Counted from the first letter of the stretch, positions 1-8,937 are shown. The stretch is DNA of 64,000 nucleotides from Candidatus Hydrogenedentota bacterium (GCA_034669905.1 JAXMOL010000016.1:64001-128000), one strand, 5' to 3'. Program-made: numbers and translations. The notes: generated by a model not told the origin, from the sequence alone.

Positions 1-689
1 TCTGCACCCAGCTTCATCACCACATGGGCGGCCCCATAGCCCAATAGGGTGTGGGCCGCTTCCAGGACTTCGGCCTCACTCCCAACCGGCTTGGCAGTCA
101 GGTGCTCGGCTTCACTGCGATTGGGGCTAATCACCGAGGCCTTGCCCAACACGGCGGGCGTAATGGCCTGATCCGAACCAATATCCAGGATAGAGAGGGC
201 ACCACATTCACGGGCCAGATCAAGGGCGGCCTCCACCGTTTCCACCGGCACTTCCAATTGGAGCAGGACCACATCGGCCGCTTCAAAGGCGGCACGGCGG
301 GCATAGATGTCGTCGGGACCCAATTCAAAATTGGCACCCGGCACCACGACGATCGAGTTTTCCCCCGCGTCGCTGACCTCGATGACCGCCGTACCCGTGG
401 GCTGGTGGCTGTCCACCTTCAAATAATCCAGATTTACCCCGGCACTCCCAAGACTTTCCCGCTGCTGTTCAGCAAAGCCATCCGCGCCGACGCAGCCCAG
501 AAAACTCACGGTCGCGCCGAGGCGGGCCGCTGCCATGGCCTGGTTGGCCCCTTTACCACCACACACCGTCTGAAACGACGATCCAATCAGCGTCTCCCCG
601 GGCTCGGGAATGCGGGAGACCCGGGCCACCAGATCGATGTTGGCACTCCCCACCACCAGGATTTTTCGATTCGTCAATTTTTGCTCCAT
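1..689 (-). CDS. rbsK: ribokinase (PfkB family), 3' end runs off window
   Basis: Manual minus-strand translation MEQKLTNRKILVVGSANIDLV...GGKGANQAMAAARLG...LLQLEVP...SPNRSE; not in ORF track because truncated. Alternative TTG start at 677 after GGAG. Confidence 0.9.
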   Translation of the reverse strand, partial: MEQKLTNRKILVVGSANIDLVARVSRIPEPGETLIGSSFQTVCGGKGANQAMAAARLGATVSFLGCVGADGFAEQQRESLGSAGVNLDYLKVDSHQPTGTAVIEVSDAGENSIVVVPGANFELGPDDIYARRAAFEAADVVLLQLEVPVETVEAALDLARECGALSILDIGSDQAITPAVLGKASVISPNRSEAEHLTAKPVGSEAEVLEAAHTLLGYGAAHVVMKLGA

Positions 690-734
690 TCCAGCATACT
701 GGTCTTCATTGGTCAGGCGCCCCGCCCGATTCCA

Positions 735-1376
735 CTACCGCCCTTTTCTCCCCGGAATATCGGGCAAATGAATGTAGAGTTTATCCCACGTGTCCCACCG
801 CCGCAAGGCCTTTACGATGGCCGGCAGAGGAAAGGCATAGATATGGGGAAAAAAGTATTCTTCGTTGTCGTGGATCCCAAAGGCCAGGCGCTCTTCCGGC
901 GGCGTAAACTGGGCATCCACCCCCGGCTTGTTACCCCGTGGGTCCATACGATACCAACCCACATCCGGCAGATAAACGGCATTGAGCCCATGGGTACAAT
1001 AGGGAGGCCCCGCCTCCCCCATGCTCAATCGCTGATAAACCAGACCGGCCGGAATACCGTTGGCCCGCAATAGGGCCGCCAGCAAATGGGCCTTGGCATA
1101 GCAATAGCCGGTCCCCGCGTCCAACACTTCCGACGCGCTGCAGGTCACTGGATTCAACTGGTAATCGCCACTGTGCCGGATCTGGTCCCGCACCCATTCA
1201 AAGCAGGACCGGGCCGTGTCCGCGACCACACCATCGGGTGCCCGCAGGGAATGGGCCAGGGCCTGCACGGCGGGATGCTGGGCGTCGATGACGTCGCAGG
1301 ATTCCAGGTAGGGCGCCAGCGGATCCGTCGACACCCTGGCCGATGGACGTCTACCCCGTTTCATCGGTTTCGCCAT
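735..1376 (-). CDS. transglutaminase-like superfamily protein
   Basis: Cys-His-Asp triad motifs GYCYAKAHL, HGLNAVYL, WYRMDPRG; start placed at ATG 1376 just after the radical SAM stop. Confidence 0.85.
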   Translation of the reverse strand: MAKPMKRGRRPSARVSTDPLAPYLESCDVIDAQHPAVQALAHSLRAPDGVVADTARSCFEWVRDQIRHSGDYQLNPVTCSASEVLDAGTGYCYAKAHLLAALLRANGIPAGLVYQRLSMGEAGPPYCTHGLNAVYLPDVGWYRMDPRGNKPGVDAQFTPPEERLAFGIHDNEEYFFPHIYAFPLPAIVKALRRWDTWDKLYIHLPDIPGRKGR

Positions 1377-1380
1377 GGCG

Positions 1381-2562
1381 TCACCCGGCCGGTGTGGTGC
1401 CAAGCGCAGCAGCACCCACGGTAGCGCCCGCCTGCACCTTCCCCCCCCGATGCTCCAGGAAACAACACCCGGGGCAGGGCGCGAAAAGTTTCTGCTGGCA
1501 GGTCTGGCGGAATTCCCGCATGGTGGCGTTGTTCCAGATACTGCGGAGCGAATCTTCGCGCACGTTCCCCACCTTCTGCAGCCAACAGGGATAGGCATCG
1601 CCCAGCCGCCCGATGATGAGGGTGTTCCAGGCATTGCGGCACTGATAGGCGTGAAGGTCCAACCCCGTGCCGTCGTAGTAATCCAGCAAGTCCGCGCGCG
1701 GCATCCGGGGCAACCGCACCTCGACCCCCGCCATCTTCGCCTCCACGAGGGTACGGTCCAGGGCCTCCGCCAGGGCGCGGCGCTCAATATAGGGCCAGGC
1801 CATTTGCTCAGGCTCAAAGGAGGACGGGTCCACCTCGCCAAAGCCCGGCAGATCGTGCATCCGCGTTTCGGTAACCAGATTGAGCACATCCACGCCCACC
1901 TCGGCCACCATCTTGGGCATGAGGTGAAGGACGTCCAGGTTGTCTTGCTGAATCACGGTGGTCACATGGATGTGGGGGCATTGTTTCCCGCTGGCATCGC
2001 GGTATTTTCGGAGGAGCCGGATGCCCGACATGCTCTTATCCCACGCACCCCGCAGCTTGCGAATTGCATCGTGTCGTTCGCCGGGCCCTTCAATAGAGGT
2101 ACCGGCAAAGTTGAAACCCATGCCGCCGGTGCGCCGGGGTGCCAAATTGACGATGGCCTCCGCCCGTTCTTCGGGGAGCATGGTCGTGTTGGAAATAAAG
2201 TGGGTGCGCGAACGGCGGCTCGCGAAGGTCAGGAGCTCCATGAAGTCTTTGCGGACAAAGGCTTCGCCCCCCGTGAAGGTCACGAGGCTGAAGCGCTGTA
2301 CCTGGGCCAGCACATCGAGCCACTCCTGGGTGGAAAGCTCGCCCTGCCGCTGTTCTTTCACCGGCACGTTTTCCAGCCAGTCGATGTATTGGCACATCTT
2401 ACAGCGCAGATTACAGCGCCGGGTTACCTCGATGAAGTAGTGCCACGCAGGCAGGGAATACCCCGACTTCACATAGCGGTAGGGCACTTCGCTATAAGCC
2501 CGCTGAGCAAAGTCATAGAGTCGCGATAACTGAAACCGGCTCTGTTTATCTTGGGTGCTCAT
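1381..2562 (-). CDS. radical SAM protein with SPASM/twitch domain
   Basis: CNLRCKMC (CxxxCxxC), TGGE, C-terminal C..W..L.I..LGDAYPC...GN...W...CPGCC. Confidence 0.9.
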   Translation of the reverse strand: MSTQDKQSRFQLSRLYDFAQRAYSEVPYRYVKSGYSLPAWHYFIEVTRRCNLRCKMCQYIDWLENVPVKEQRQGELSTQEWLDVLAQVQRFSLVTFTGGEAFVRKDFMELLTFASRRSRTHFISNTTMLPEERAEAIVNLAPRRTGGMGFNFAGTSIEGPGERHDAIRKLRGAWDKSMSGIRLLRKYRDASGKQCPHIHVTTVIQQDNLDVLHLMPKMVAEVGVDVLNLVTETRMHDLPGFGEVDPSSFEPEQMAWPYIERRALAEALDRTLVEAKMAGVEVRLPRMPRADLLDYYDGTGLDLHAYQCRNAWNTLIIGRLGDAYPCWLQKVGNVREDSLRSIWNNATMREFRQTCQQKLFAPCPGCCFLEHRGGKVQAGATVGAAALGTTPAG

Positions 2563-2800
2563 GGGACCTCGCCTCTGTGATGAATGGACTTGAGTCTATT
2601 CTATCACTTGAGCGACCACCTCGCCGAATTGCTTTGTGGGACGGGTGGGACCGGTGAGACCTGCCCGTTAATAGCCTCTACCCTGGCTGGGACAACACCG
2701 GACAGGGCACCTGCTCCAAGCCTCCGAGATTTCGAGAGTTCGTATCACCTTTCCTTCTTAAGATTACGCCCGCAAATCAGGGCTGAAGAAATTCCGACTT

Positions 2801-2945
2801 TTGACCACGGATTAATCGGATAATACGGATAGAAGAACATAGACTAAGAGCCGGTTAGCTCAACGAAACCATCGTACGTATGCATTGTACAGAGCCGAGT
2901 AGCGGTAGGTATTCATTTCAATACATCCGTTTTATCCGTGGTCAA
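2801..2945. repeat. REP-like inverted repeat with 9-bp sub-repeats
   Basis: TTGACCACGGATTAATCGGAT ... ATCCGTTTTATCCGTGGTCAA; 12-bp perfect terminal inverted repeat. Confidence 0.75.
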
Positions 2946-3205
2946 TCATGTTGATTGCTACCCAGTACGCTCTCACCACAGCGGTACAGAAAACCGAAGA
3001 GAACATTTCGTCTCTGCGCTCCTTGCGTTCTTATGCGTCCACTAAAATTCGTGTGAATTCGTGGTTCAACTTTTTTCGGGTTGCGACCAACGGCTGCGCC
3101 AGGCTTTCCGTGCTGGAAACCCGCCCCCGACAAGTCGCCCTCCTGATGCCGCCACCTCAACCGACTGTCACCGTCCTGGCCAAGAAAATAGAATCGCCAG
3201 GACTA

Positions 3206-3246
3206 TTGACTCTTTCGAGGTGATACTGTAATTTTACTAGTAAAAT
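3206..3246 (+). promoter_or_regulatory. putative sigma70 promoter with overlapping 16-bp palindrome
   Basis: TTGACT(3206)-N17-TAATTT(3229); perfect palindrome ATTTTACTAGTAAAAT 3231-3246. Confidence 0.55.
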
Positions 3247-3286
3247 ATTTACCCCAAACCCCCTACCCATGAGAGATGCAACGACT

Positions 3287-3664
3287 ATGGCCGAAATAAT
3301 GCACAAGACAGGATACAAGTGGCTCTACGATGCCACACGCGCGAAAGTTTCCAGCAAGCTGCAAAAAGAGGGTGCCGATGTGGAGAACATTCAGAAGTTC
3401 TTCAAAAAGTTAGACAAGAAAGTAAAAACGTCCGGCGGCACCATGATGCCCCTGGCCCAGGCCGCCTTCATCGCCACGGCGAAGGAAATTTATAAGAAGA
3501 AAAAGCCCGCCCCAAAAGAAGGCACGACCTACAGTGCGAAAGAGCAAGAGCAACTGAACGAACTGCAGAAAAAGATCGGGGCCAAAATCAGTGGGACCGT
3601 GCGCTATAAGAAGGGCGAAATCATTTTGCTCATGAATGGCGAGCAGGTGGCCAGCGTGAAGTAA
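3287..3664 (+). CDS. hypothetical lysine-rich protein (125 aa)
   Basis: Clean ORF with own promoter and terminator; 24 Lys in 125 aa; alternative start 3269. Confidence 0.75.
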   Translation: MAEIMHKTGYKWLYDATRAKVSSKLQKEGADVENIQKFFKKLDKKVKTSGGTMMPLAQAAFIATAKEIYKKKKPAPKEGTTYSAKEQEQLNELQKKIGAKISGTVRYKKGEIILLMNGEQVASVK

Positions 3665-3676
3665 CTCGCCTCTCCT

Positions 3677-3728
3677 GAAAACAGCGACCAACCCCGAATG
3701 CACCCGCCTTTGGGGTTGTTGCTTTTTC
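3677..3728 (+). terminator. probable intrinsic terminator
   Basis: GAAAACAGCGACCAACCCC...GGGGTTGTTGCTTTTTC hairpin directly after the stop. Confidence 0.6.
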
Positions 3729-4010
3729 GGGGGTTGGTGACGCCATAGCCACCCGTCCCACCTTCCGTGAATTTCCGTGTATTCCGTGATAGAAGGTCCA
3801 CCGCGACATTTCGCTCTTCCAGATCGTTGTGCTATGCTCTCTAGTCGAATGCCCTTTTGTCATTCAAGGAGAAGCGTGGGGATAGCAGGCCAACGCCCCT
3901 GGTCGCCTGACCTGTCCCCGAGAGCCACGCGGTGTGCAAGGCTGCCCACCACGCAACATGTGCGCGTTTCCTTCGCCCCGGCGAAGACCACGCGCCCCGG
4001 GAAGATCGTC

Positions 4011-5603
4011 ATGAAAAAAACGGACACCATTTACCTTGTTTCCAACGGAGACTTTCGCGACTCGGCCTGCGAAACCTGCTGGCCCATGCAGGACGACACC
4101 CTGAAACAGGTGCGGAAAGCCTTTAAGAAACTCGGCTATAAGACCGAGACCGTCACCAAGTATGACGCCAAGCGGAAGCACGGCTTTGTCACCAAGCAGT
4201 GTGAAGGCGCGGAAATTTTCTCGAAGATCGACCCCAAGGCCCCCGTGGTTATCGTGCTCAGCTGCTGGGCCTATGCCCACCACGTGTGCGGCCCCCTGCA
4301 GGCCCACGAAGGCCCCAAGCTCCTCCTCGGCAACTTCGACGGCACCTGGCCCGGCCTCGTCGCCCTGCTCAATCACGCCGGCACCCTGGAGCGCCTCCAT
4401 GTGAAGCACTCCCGCCTCTGGACCGACAGCTTCCTCAAAGACGACTACTTCATGGAAAAGCTCGGCGACTGGTGCGCCAAGGGTGACATCAAACACAGCA
4501 CCAAACACCTCACGGACGCAGAGAAGGCGAAGATCTCCCCGGCGGCCACGAAGTTTGGTAAGGAACTGGCCGAAGACATCAAGACCAACCGCCGCATCAT
4601 GGGCCAGCTCGACCCCGGCTGTATGGGCATGCTCAATGCCGTCATGGACCCCGCCCACCTGGGCAAAATCGGTATGCCCATCGAATACCTCAACCAATCC
4701 GACCTCATGGCCGAAATGGAACTGGTGAGCGATGAGGAAGCCCAGAAGCACCTCAACTGGCTGGTGAAAAAAGGCACCTGGTTTGACTGGGGCACCGACC
4801 AATACACCGACCTCGTCCACGGCCAGGTATTGGAGCAGATGAAGATCTACTCCGCCGCCTGCCGCCTCGTGGAACGCTTTGGCCTTTCCGCCATCGGCAT
4901 CCCCTATCAGCTTGGTCTTGTGCGTTGCACCGCCGCCACCGACCTGGTGGAAGGCATGCTCAACAACATCGACCGCCCCGCCGTCAAAGACCCGACCACC
5001 AAAAACATCGTCAAAAAGGGCAAGGCCATCCCCCACTTCAACGAAGGGGACATGGGCTCCGGCATACCCCAGCTTCTTATGCACGATATCTACGAGCGCA
5101 AGGGAATGCCCACCGAAACCACCCTCCACGATGTGCGTTGGGGCCGCGAATGGGAAGACAAATACGTCTGGGTCTTCCTCATCTCCGGTGGCGCACCGCC
5201 CGCCCACTACGGTGGCTGGAAAAAGACCAACGTCTACCGTCAGCCCGCCATGTACTTCCCCAAAGGCGGCGGCACCTGCTCCGGCGTCTCCAAGCCCGGC
5301 GTCATCACCTGGGCACGCTGCTATGAGCAGTTCGGCGAACTTGGCATGGACGTGGGCACCGGTGAAGTCCTCGACCTGCCCGAAGCGGAAGTCCAGGATC
5401 GCCTCGACCGTACAACCCCCGTGTGGCCCATCGCCAACGTACACATTCCCGGCTACGACCGCAACGAGATGATGGCCACCCACATGTCCAACCACATCAC
5501 CATGGGCTACGGCGACATCCTCGAAGAACTCATTGCCACCTGCCGCCACCTCGGCATCAAGACCCGCGTCGCCGGTGACGCCGGCAAGGCGCTGAAGAAG
5601 TAA
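4011..5603 (+). CDS. L-fucose/L-arabinose isomerase-like protein
   Basis: Starts MKKTDTIYLVSNGDFR; WPGLV, GCMGM, IGIPYQ, HFNEGD, TTLHDVRWG, SNHI motifs of the fucose-isomerase-like family. Confidence 0.8.
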   Translation: MKKTDTIYLVSNGDFRDSACETCWPMQDDTLKQVRKAFKKLGYKTETVTKYDAKRKHGFVTKQCEGAEIFSKIDPKAPVVIVLSCWAYAHHVCGPLQAHEGPKLLLGNFDGTWPGLVALLNHAGTLERLHVKHSRLWTDSFLKDDYFMEKLGDWCAKGDIKHSTKHLTDAEKAKISPAATKFGKELAEDIKTNRRIMGQLDPGCMGMLNAVMDPAHLGKIGMPIEYLNQSDLMAEMELVSDEEAQKHLNWLVKKGTWFDWGTDQYTDLVHGQVLEQMKIYSAACRLVERFGLSAIGIPYQLGLVRCTAATDLVEGMLNNIDRPAVKDPTTKNIVKKGKAIPHFNEGDMGSGIPQLLMHDIYERKGMPTETTLHDVRWGREWEDKYVWVFLISGGAPPAHYGGWKKTNVYRQPAMYFPKGGGTCSGVSKPGVITWARCYEQFGELGMDVGTGEVLDLPEAEVQDRLDRTTPVWPIANVHIPGYDRNEMMATHMSNHITMGYGDILEELIATCRHLGIKTRVAGDAGKALKK

Positions 5604-5623
5604 TACCAAATCACAAACAAGAC

Positions 5624-6222
5624 CCACCACGGCCCGGATGGCAAGACGCTATCCGGGCCGTTTTCGTGGATACTGTTTTATGGGACCGGTGAGACAGGTA
5701 GGACCAGTGGGTAACGAACACCAATCTCGCCAAATGGAGTTTTGGCTCCGCGCCCACAACCCATCATTCCTATTGATAGCACCTTTTGAACCACAAAGAA
5801 CGCAGAGAGCTCAAAAGTATTTCTTCTCTGAGATCTCTGAGTTCTCTGCGTTCTTTGTGGTCAATCTCTCCCCCTCTTATTCGTGTTAATTCGTGTCCAT
5901 TCGTGGTTTAAAAAATAATCCCAAGCGCATGAGTAATTTTCCTTCCACGGCGGACTGGATGGCAAGACGCTATCCGGGCCGTTTCTGTGTGGGACCCGTG
6001 GGACATGTGGGACCCGTGGGACAGCAGATGACGGACGCCAATCTCGCCAGACAGGTACTTGGCTCCGCGCCCACAACCCAATCATGTTTTTGAGTGAATT
6101 TTTTAACCACAAAGAACGCAGAGAACACAGAAAACAAACTTCTTTGTGCTCTCTGCGTTTTTTGTGGTTAATTCCCCCCTCTTATTCGTGTTAATTGGTG
6201 TCCATTCGTGGTTTAAAAATCA
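5624..6222. repeat. diverged tandem duplication (about 300-bp units) of a composite repeat cassette
   Basis: Units ~5624-5920 and ~5945-6222 share GGATGGCAAGACGCTATCCGGGCCGTTT, GGGAC 9-mers, CCAATCTCGCCA, TTGGCTCCGCGCCCACAACCC, ACCACAAAGAACGCAGAG palindromes and the ATTCGTG 10-mer array. Confidence 0.9.
5629..5664 (+). terminator. intrinsic terminator
   Basis: ACGGCCCGGAT-loop-ATCCGGGCCGTTTT. Confidence 0.7.
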
Positions 6223-6357
6223 CTCCTCCCCCGTCTATATCCACAGGCCAATCGCTCGGTGGTGCGAGCCCGTCCCCTTTGCCATTCGTGGTTCAAAACG
6301 TCAATCGCGTCGTGCTACGCTAATCCTTCAGGACTATTGCCACCCCAGGAGCCGCCC

Positions 6358-7680
6358 ATGAACCGTCGCCAGTTTCTCGTAACGACCAGCCTCGCCGCCA
6401 GCACCGTTGCCTGGGGCGCGCCCCTCGCCCCTGAATACCAACCCGCCGACCGCTTCGTCCTTTCCAACGCGGGCAGCGGGCGGGCCACGGCCTATTCGGA
6501 AACCAACAAGGTCGTGACGGTGAACGGCAAGACCCACGCCTCCTGGCTCGACGCCACGGCGGAGGGCTTCCGGGTCCGCATCCGCACGCTGGACCACAGC
6601 ACGGGCACCTGGTCCGAGGCCTTCGCCATCGGCGAGGGACAGGACAATCACGGCGGGCCCTCCCTCACGGTGGACAGCAAGGGCTATCTCCACGTGGCCT
6701 ACTATGCCCACAACGGCCCCATGCGCTACCGCCGCTCCCTTCGACCCAACGACGCGTCCGAATGGACCCGCTATCTCGAGGTGGGCGAAGCCCTCTCCTA
6801 CCCCACCCTGGTCTGCCGCGCCGATGACACCCTCCTCCTCACGGGACGCAGCTACCACAAGATCGAGCCATGGACCTGCCAGCTCTTCACCAAGGGCAAA
6901 TCCGGCACCTGGGATGAAGGCCGCGCGCTGCTCCAGGCGAAGGAAACCGGCTACGCCCAATTTATGGATGCCATGGCGTGGAGCCCCGACCACCAAACCC
7001 TCCACATGAGCTTCTGGTTCTATGGCGGAGACCCCGGCATTGGCAAGACCATCGGCTATCTGCAAAGTCCCGACGGCGGCACGACCTGGACGGGCCGTGA
7101 TGGCACGCCCGTATCCCTTCCCGCCAACGAAGACACGGTCGACATCGTCCATCGTATGGCACCCGACGCCACCGCCGGACTCCGGGGTTCGCGGTTGGCC
7201 GTTGCACCCGACGGTACGCCCCACGTGCTCTGGTCCGATTACGCACCACGCCCCCAGGCGGCCTGGCTTTCTCACCCCACACCCGACGGAACCTGGAAGG
7301 CCGTGAAGCTCAACACCTTCCTTCCCGCTGCCTTTCAAGATTGGGGACTCCTCACCCCGGGCGGTGTGACCTTCAATGACCAGGGCGATTGCTTCGTGGC
7401 GCTCACCTTGTTCAAACCCAAAGAACCCGCCGACCAGGCCACGGCCGCCCGTCCGGCGCAAGACATGGCCCTCTTCCGCTCCCAGGGCGGCGCCGCGAAG
7501 TTCAGTTGCGAAATCCTGCCCTTCAACGAAGCCACACAGAATCGCTGGCTCCCCAACCTCGAAGTGCAAACAGGCTTCAACACCGTGGCCGAGGGACCGG
7601 GGCTGATTTTCACCGAAGGGGAGCGGGGCGACGGACTGGACGACGTCTTGAACAACAAAGTCCACTGGTTGCGCATGTAG
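6358..7680 (+). CDS. Tat-exported BNR-4 repeat (beta-propeller) protein
   Basis: MNRRQFL twin-arginine signal; DNHGGPSL..D..GYLHV, SYPTL, SPDGGTTW Asp-box. Confidence 0.85.
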   Translation: MNRRQFLVTTSLAASTVAWGAPLAPEYQPADRFVLSNAGSGRATAYSETNKVVTVNGKTHASWLDATAEGFRVRIRTLDHSTGTWSEAFAIGEGQDNHGGPSLTVDSKGYLHVAYYAHNGPMRYRRSLRPNDASEWTRYLEVGEALSYPTLVCRADDTLLLTGRSYHKIEPWTCQLFTKGKSGTWDEGRALLQAKETGYAQFMDAMAWSPDHQTLHMSFWFYGGDPGIGKTIGYLQSPDGGTTWTGRDGTPVSLPANEDTVDIVHRMAPDATAGLRGSRLAVAPDGTPHVLWSDYAPRPQAAWLSHPTPDGTWKAVKLNTFLPAAFQDWGLLTPGGVTFNDQGDCFVALTLFKPKEPADQATAARPAQDMALFRSQGGAAKFSCEILPFNEATQNRWLPNLEVQTGFNTVAEGPGLIFTEGERGDGLDDVLNNKVHWLRM

Positions 7681-7727
7681 GAACAGAACCGGCTGCCGCC
7701 AAAGGCACTCCCTTCACATACCCACTA

Positions 7728-7759
7728 TTGAAACTGGGTTCTCATTATCATATAATGAG
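7728..7759 (+). promoter_or_regulatory. sigma70 promoter with overlapping palindromic operator (Fur/Zur-like)
   Basis: TTGAAA(7728)-N17-TATAAT(7751); perfect 8-3-8 inverted repeat CTCATTAT-CAT-ATAATGAG 7741-7759. Confidence 0.75.
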
Positions 7760-7892
7760 TCAAGTCCCGGTGAAACCCGAAGAAGTCTGGCCAGAACCCG
7801 CTTATCGCATGTCATGAGCGAAGACACCGGTGCGCAGCGGCCCCTACCGAGGTCGTGTCTAAGCAGACTTCTCGTGAAAATGGTGGAAAGTC

Positions 7893-8471
7893 ATGTCAAC
7901 CTTTAAGAATTGTCTGGATACTGTTGGCGCCTGTGCGTCCTTGCTCTGCATGGTCCACTGTCTTGCCACGCCCCTGCTCCTGGCACTGCTGGCAGGCAGT
8001 GCACAATTTGGCGGCTCAACAGCGGCCATCGTAAACGCCGCCCCCGTGGCGGAACCTGGCACCGTGCCAACCTGCGACCATCACGGCCGTGCGCCCGAAG
8101 TGCGGTCGGGCGAAACCAGTTCGTGTGCCACGGCATGCGAGACCGAGGTGGAGGAAGCGTCCCACACGACCTGCTGCAGTGGCACGACCGACACCATCGT
8201 CCACGCGTCTTTCCTCGGTATGGCCTTGCCCCTGGGCCTGTGGGCGTGGGTGATCGGCTATAAACGACACGGACATCTGGGCAGTGTCGTCGTCGGTGGA
8301 GTTGGCCTCGTCCTGCTCACCGCCGCCCTGCTGTCAACGCAGCTGCATAGCCCCTGGCCGGTGGAACAACCGCTTACGGTGTCGGGAAGTCTTTGCATCC
8401 TGGTCGCCCATTGGTGGAATCATCGACGCCGTATCTGCTGTCACGGGCCGCACCCGAAACTTGCCGAATAG
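7893..8471 (+). CDS. MerC-domain membrane protein with Cys/His-rich insertion
   Basis: LD.VG..ASLLCMVHCLATP N-terminus, GYKRHG, E..LT..G....AHWWN typical of the MerC family. Confidence 0.8.
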   Translation: MSTFKNCLDTVGACASLLCMVHCLATPLLLALLAGSAQFGGSTAAIVNAAPVAEPGTVPTCDHHGRAPEVRSGETSSCATACETEVEEASHTTCCSGTTDTIVHASFLGMALPLGLWAWVIGYKRHGHLGSVVVGGVGLVLLTAALLSTQLHSPWPVEQPLTVSGSLCILVAHWWNHRRRICCHGPHPKLAE

Positions 8472-8533
8472 GGCGTTGGCACACGCCGATCCCTGCCCGC
8501 CAGCGAAGACATCGTTCAAGGCATGGGCCCCAC

Positions 8534-8648
8534 CCCAAGCTCGAAGTACAAGCGGGCTTCAACACCGTCGCGGATTTACACCGAAGGCGCGCGGGGTGAC
8601 GGACTGGACGACGTCTTTAACAACAAGGTCCACGGGCGCCGGATGTAA
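8534..8648 (+). pseudogene. degenerate copy of the 3' end of the BNR-4 gene
   Basis: Aligns to 7552-7680 (GGCTTCAACACCGT; GACGGACTGGACGACGTCTT-AACAACAA-GTCCAC; ATGTAA vs ATGTAG) with an internal deletion. Confidence 0.85.
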
Positions 8649-8711
8649 GGCTGGTCATCCGCCTACGATACAAGCAGAACGATCCGTAGACTTTCCCGAG
8701 GGCGAGTGAAA

Positions 8712-8795
8712 GTCATTCCCGCGAAGGCGGGAATCCAGTGGGTATTCACATGCACCTGGCCGCGTTACTGGATCCCCGCCTTCGCGGGGATGACG
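8712..8795. repeat. CGTC-tagged REP doublet (dRS3-like core), copy 1
   Basis: GTCATTCCCGCGAAGGCGGGAATCCAG...CTGGATCCCCGCCTTCGCGGGGATGACG. Confidence 0.9.
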
Positions 8796-8937
8796 GCTGT
8801 GGAAAATTCGTCGGCACACTAAGCGGAAAAGAGCACGGTGAAGAGAGCCCTTTGTGCGCTCTGCGTTCTTTGAGGTCGAGTCAATAAGTCTTCATTCGCG
8901 TTAATTCGTGTCTATTCGTGGTCCACACCCGTTGTAC

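Noticed and set aside
5638..6361. Short ORFs across the repeat cassettes (e.g. NHEWTRINTN, VIPAKAGIQ peptides)
   Set aside because: Translations of the palindromic and tandem repeats; no RBS or coding signal
7893..8471. Mercury-resistance operon
   Set aside because: No merA, merR, merT or merP; the promoter has a 17-bp spacer, unlike MerR-type promoters
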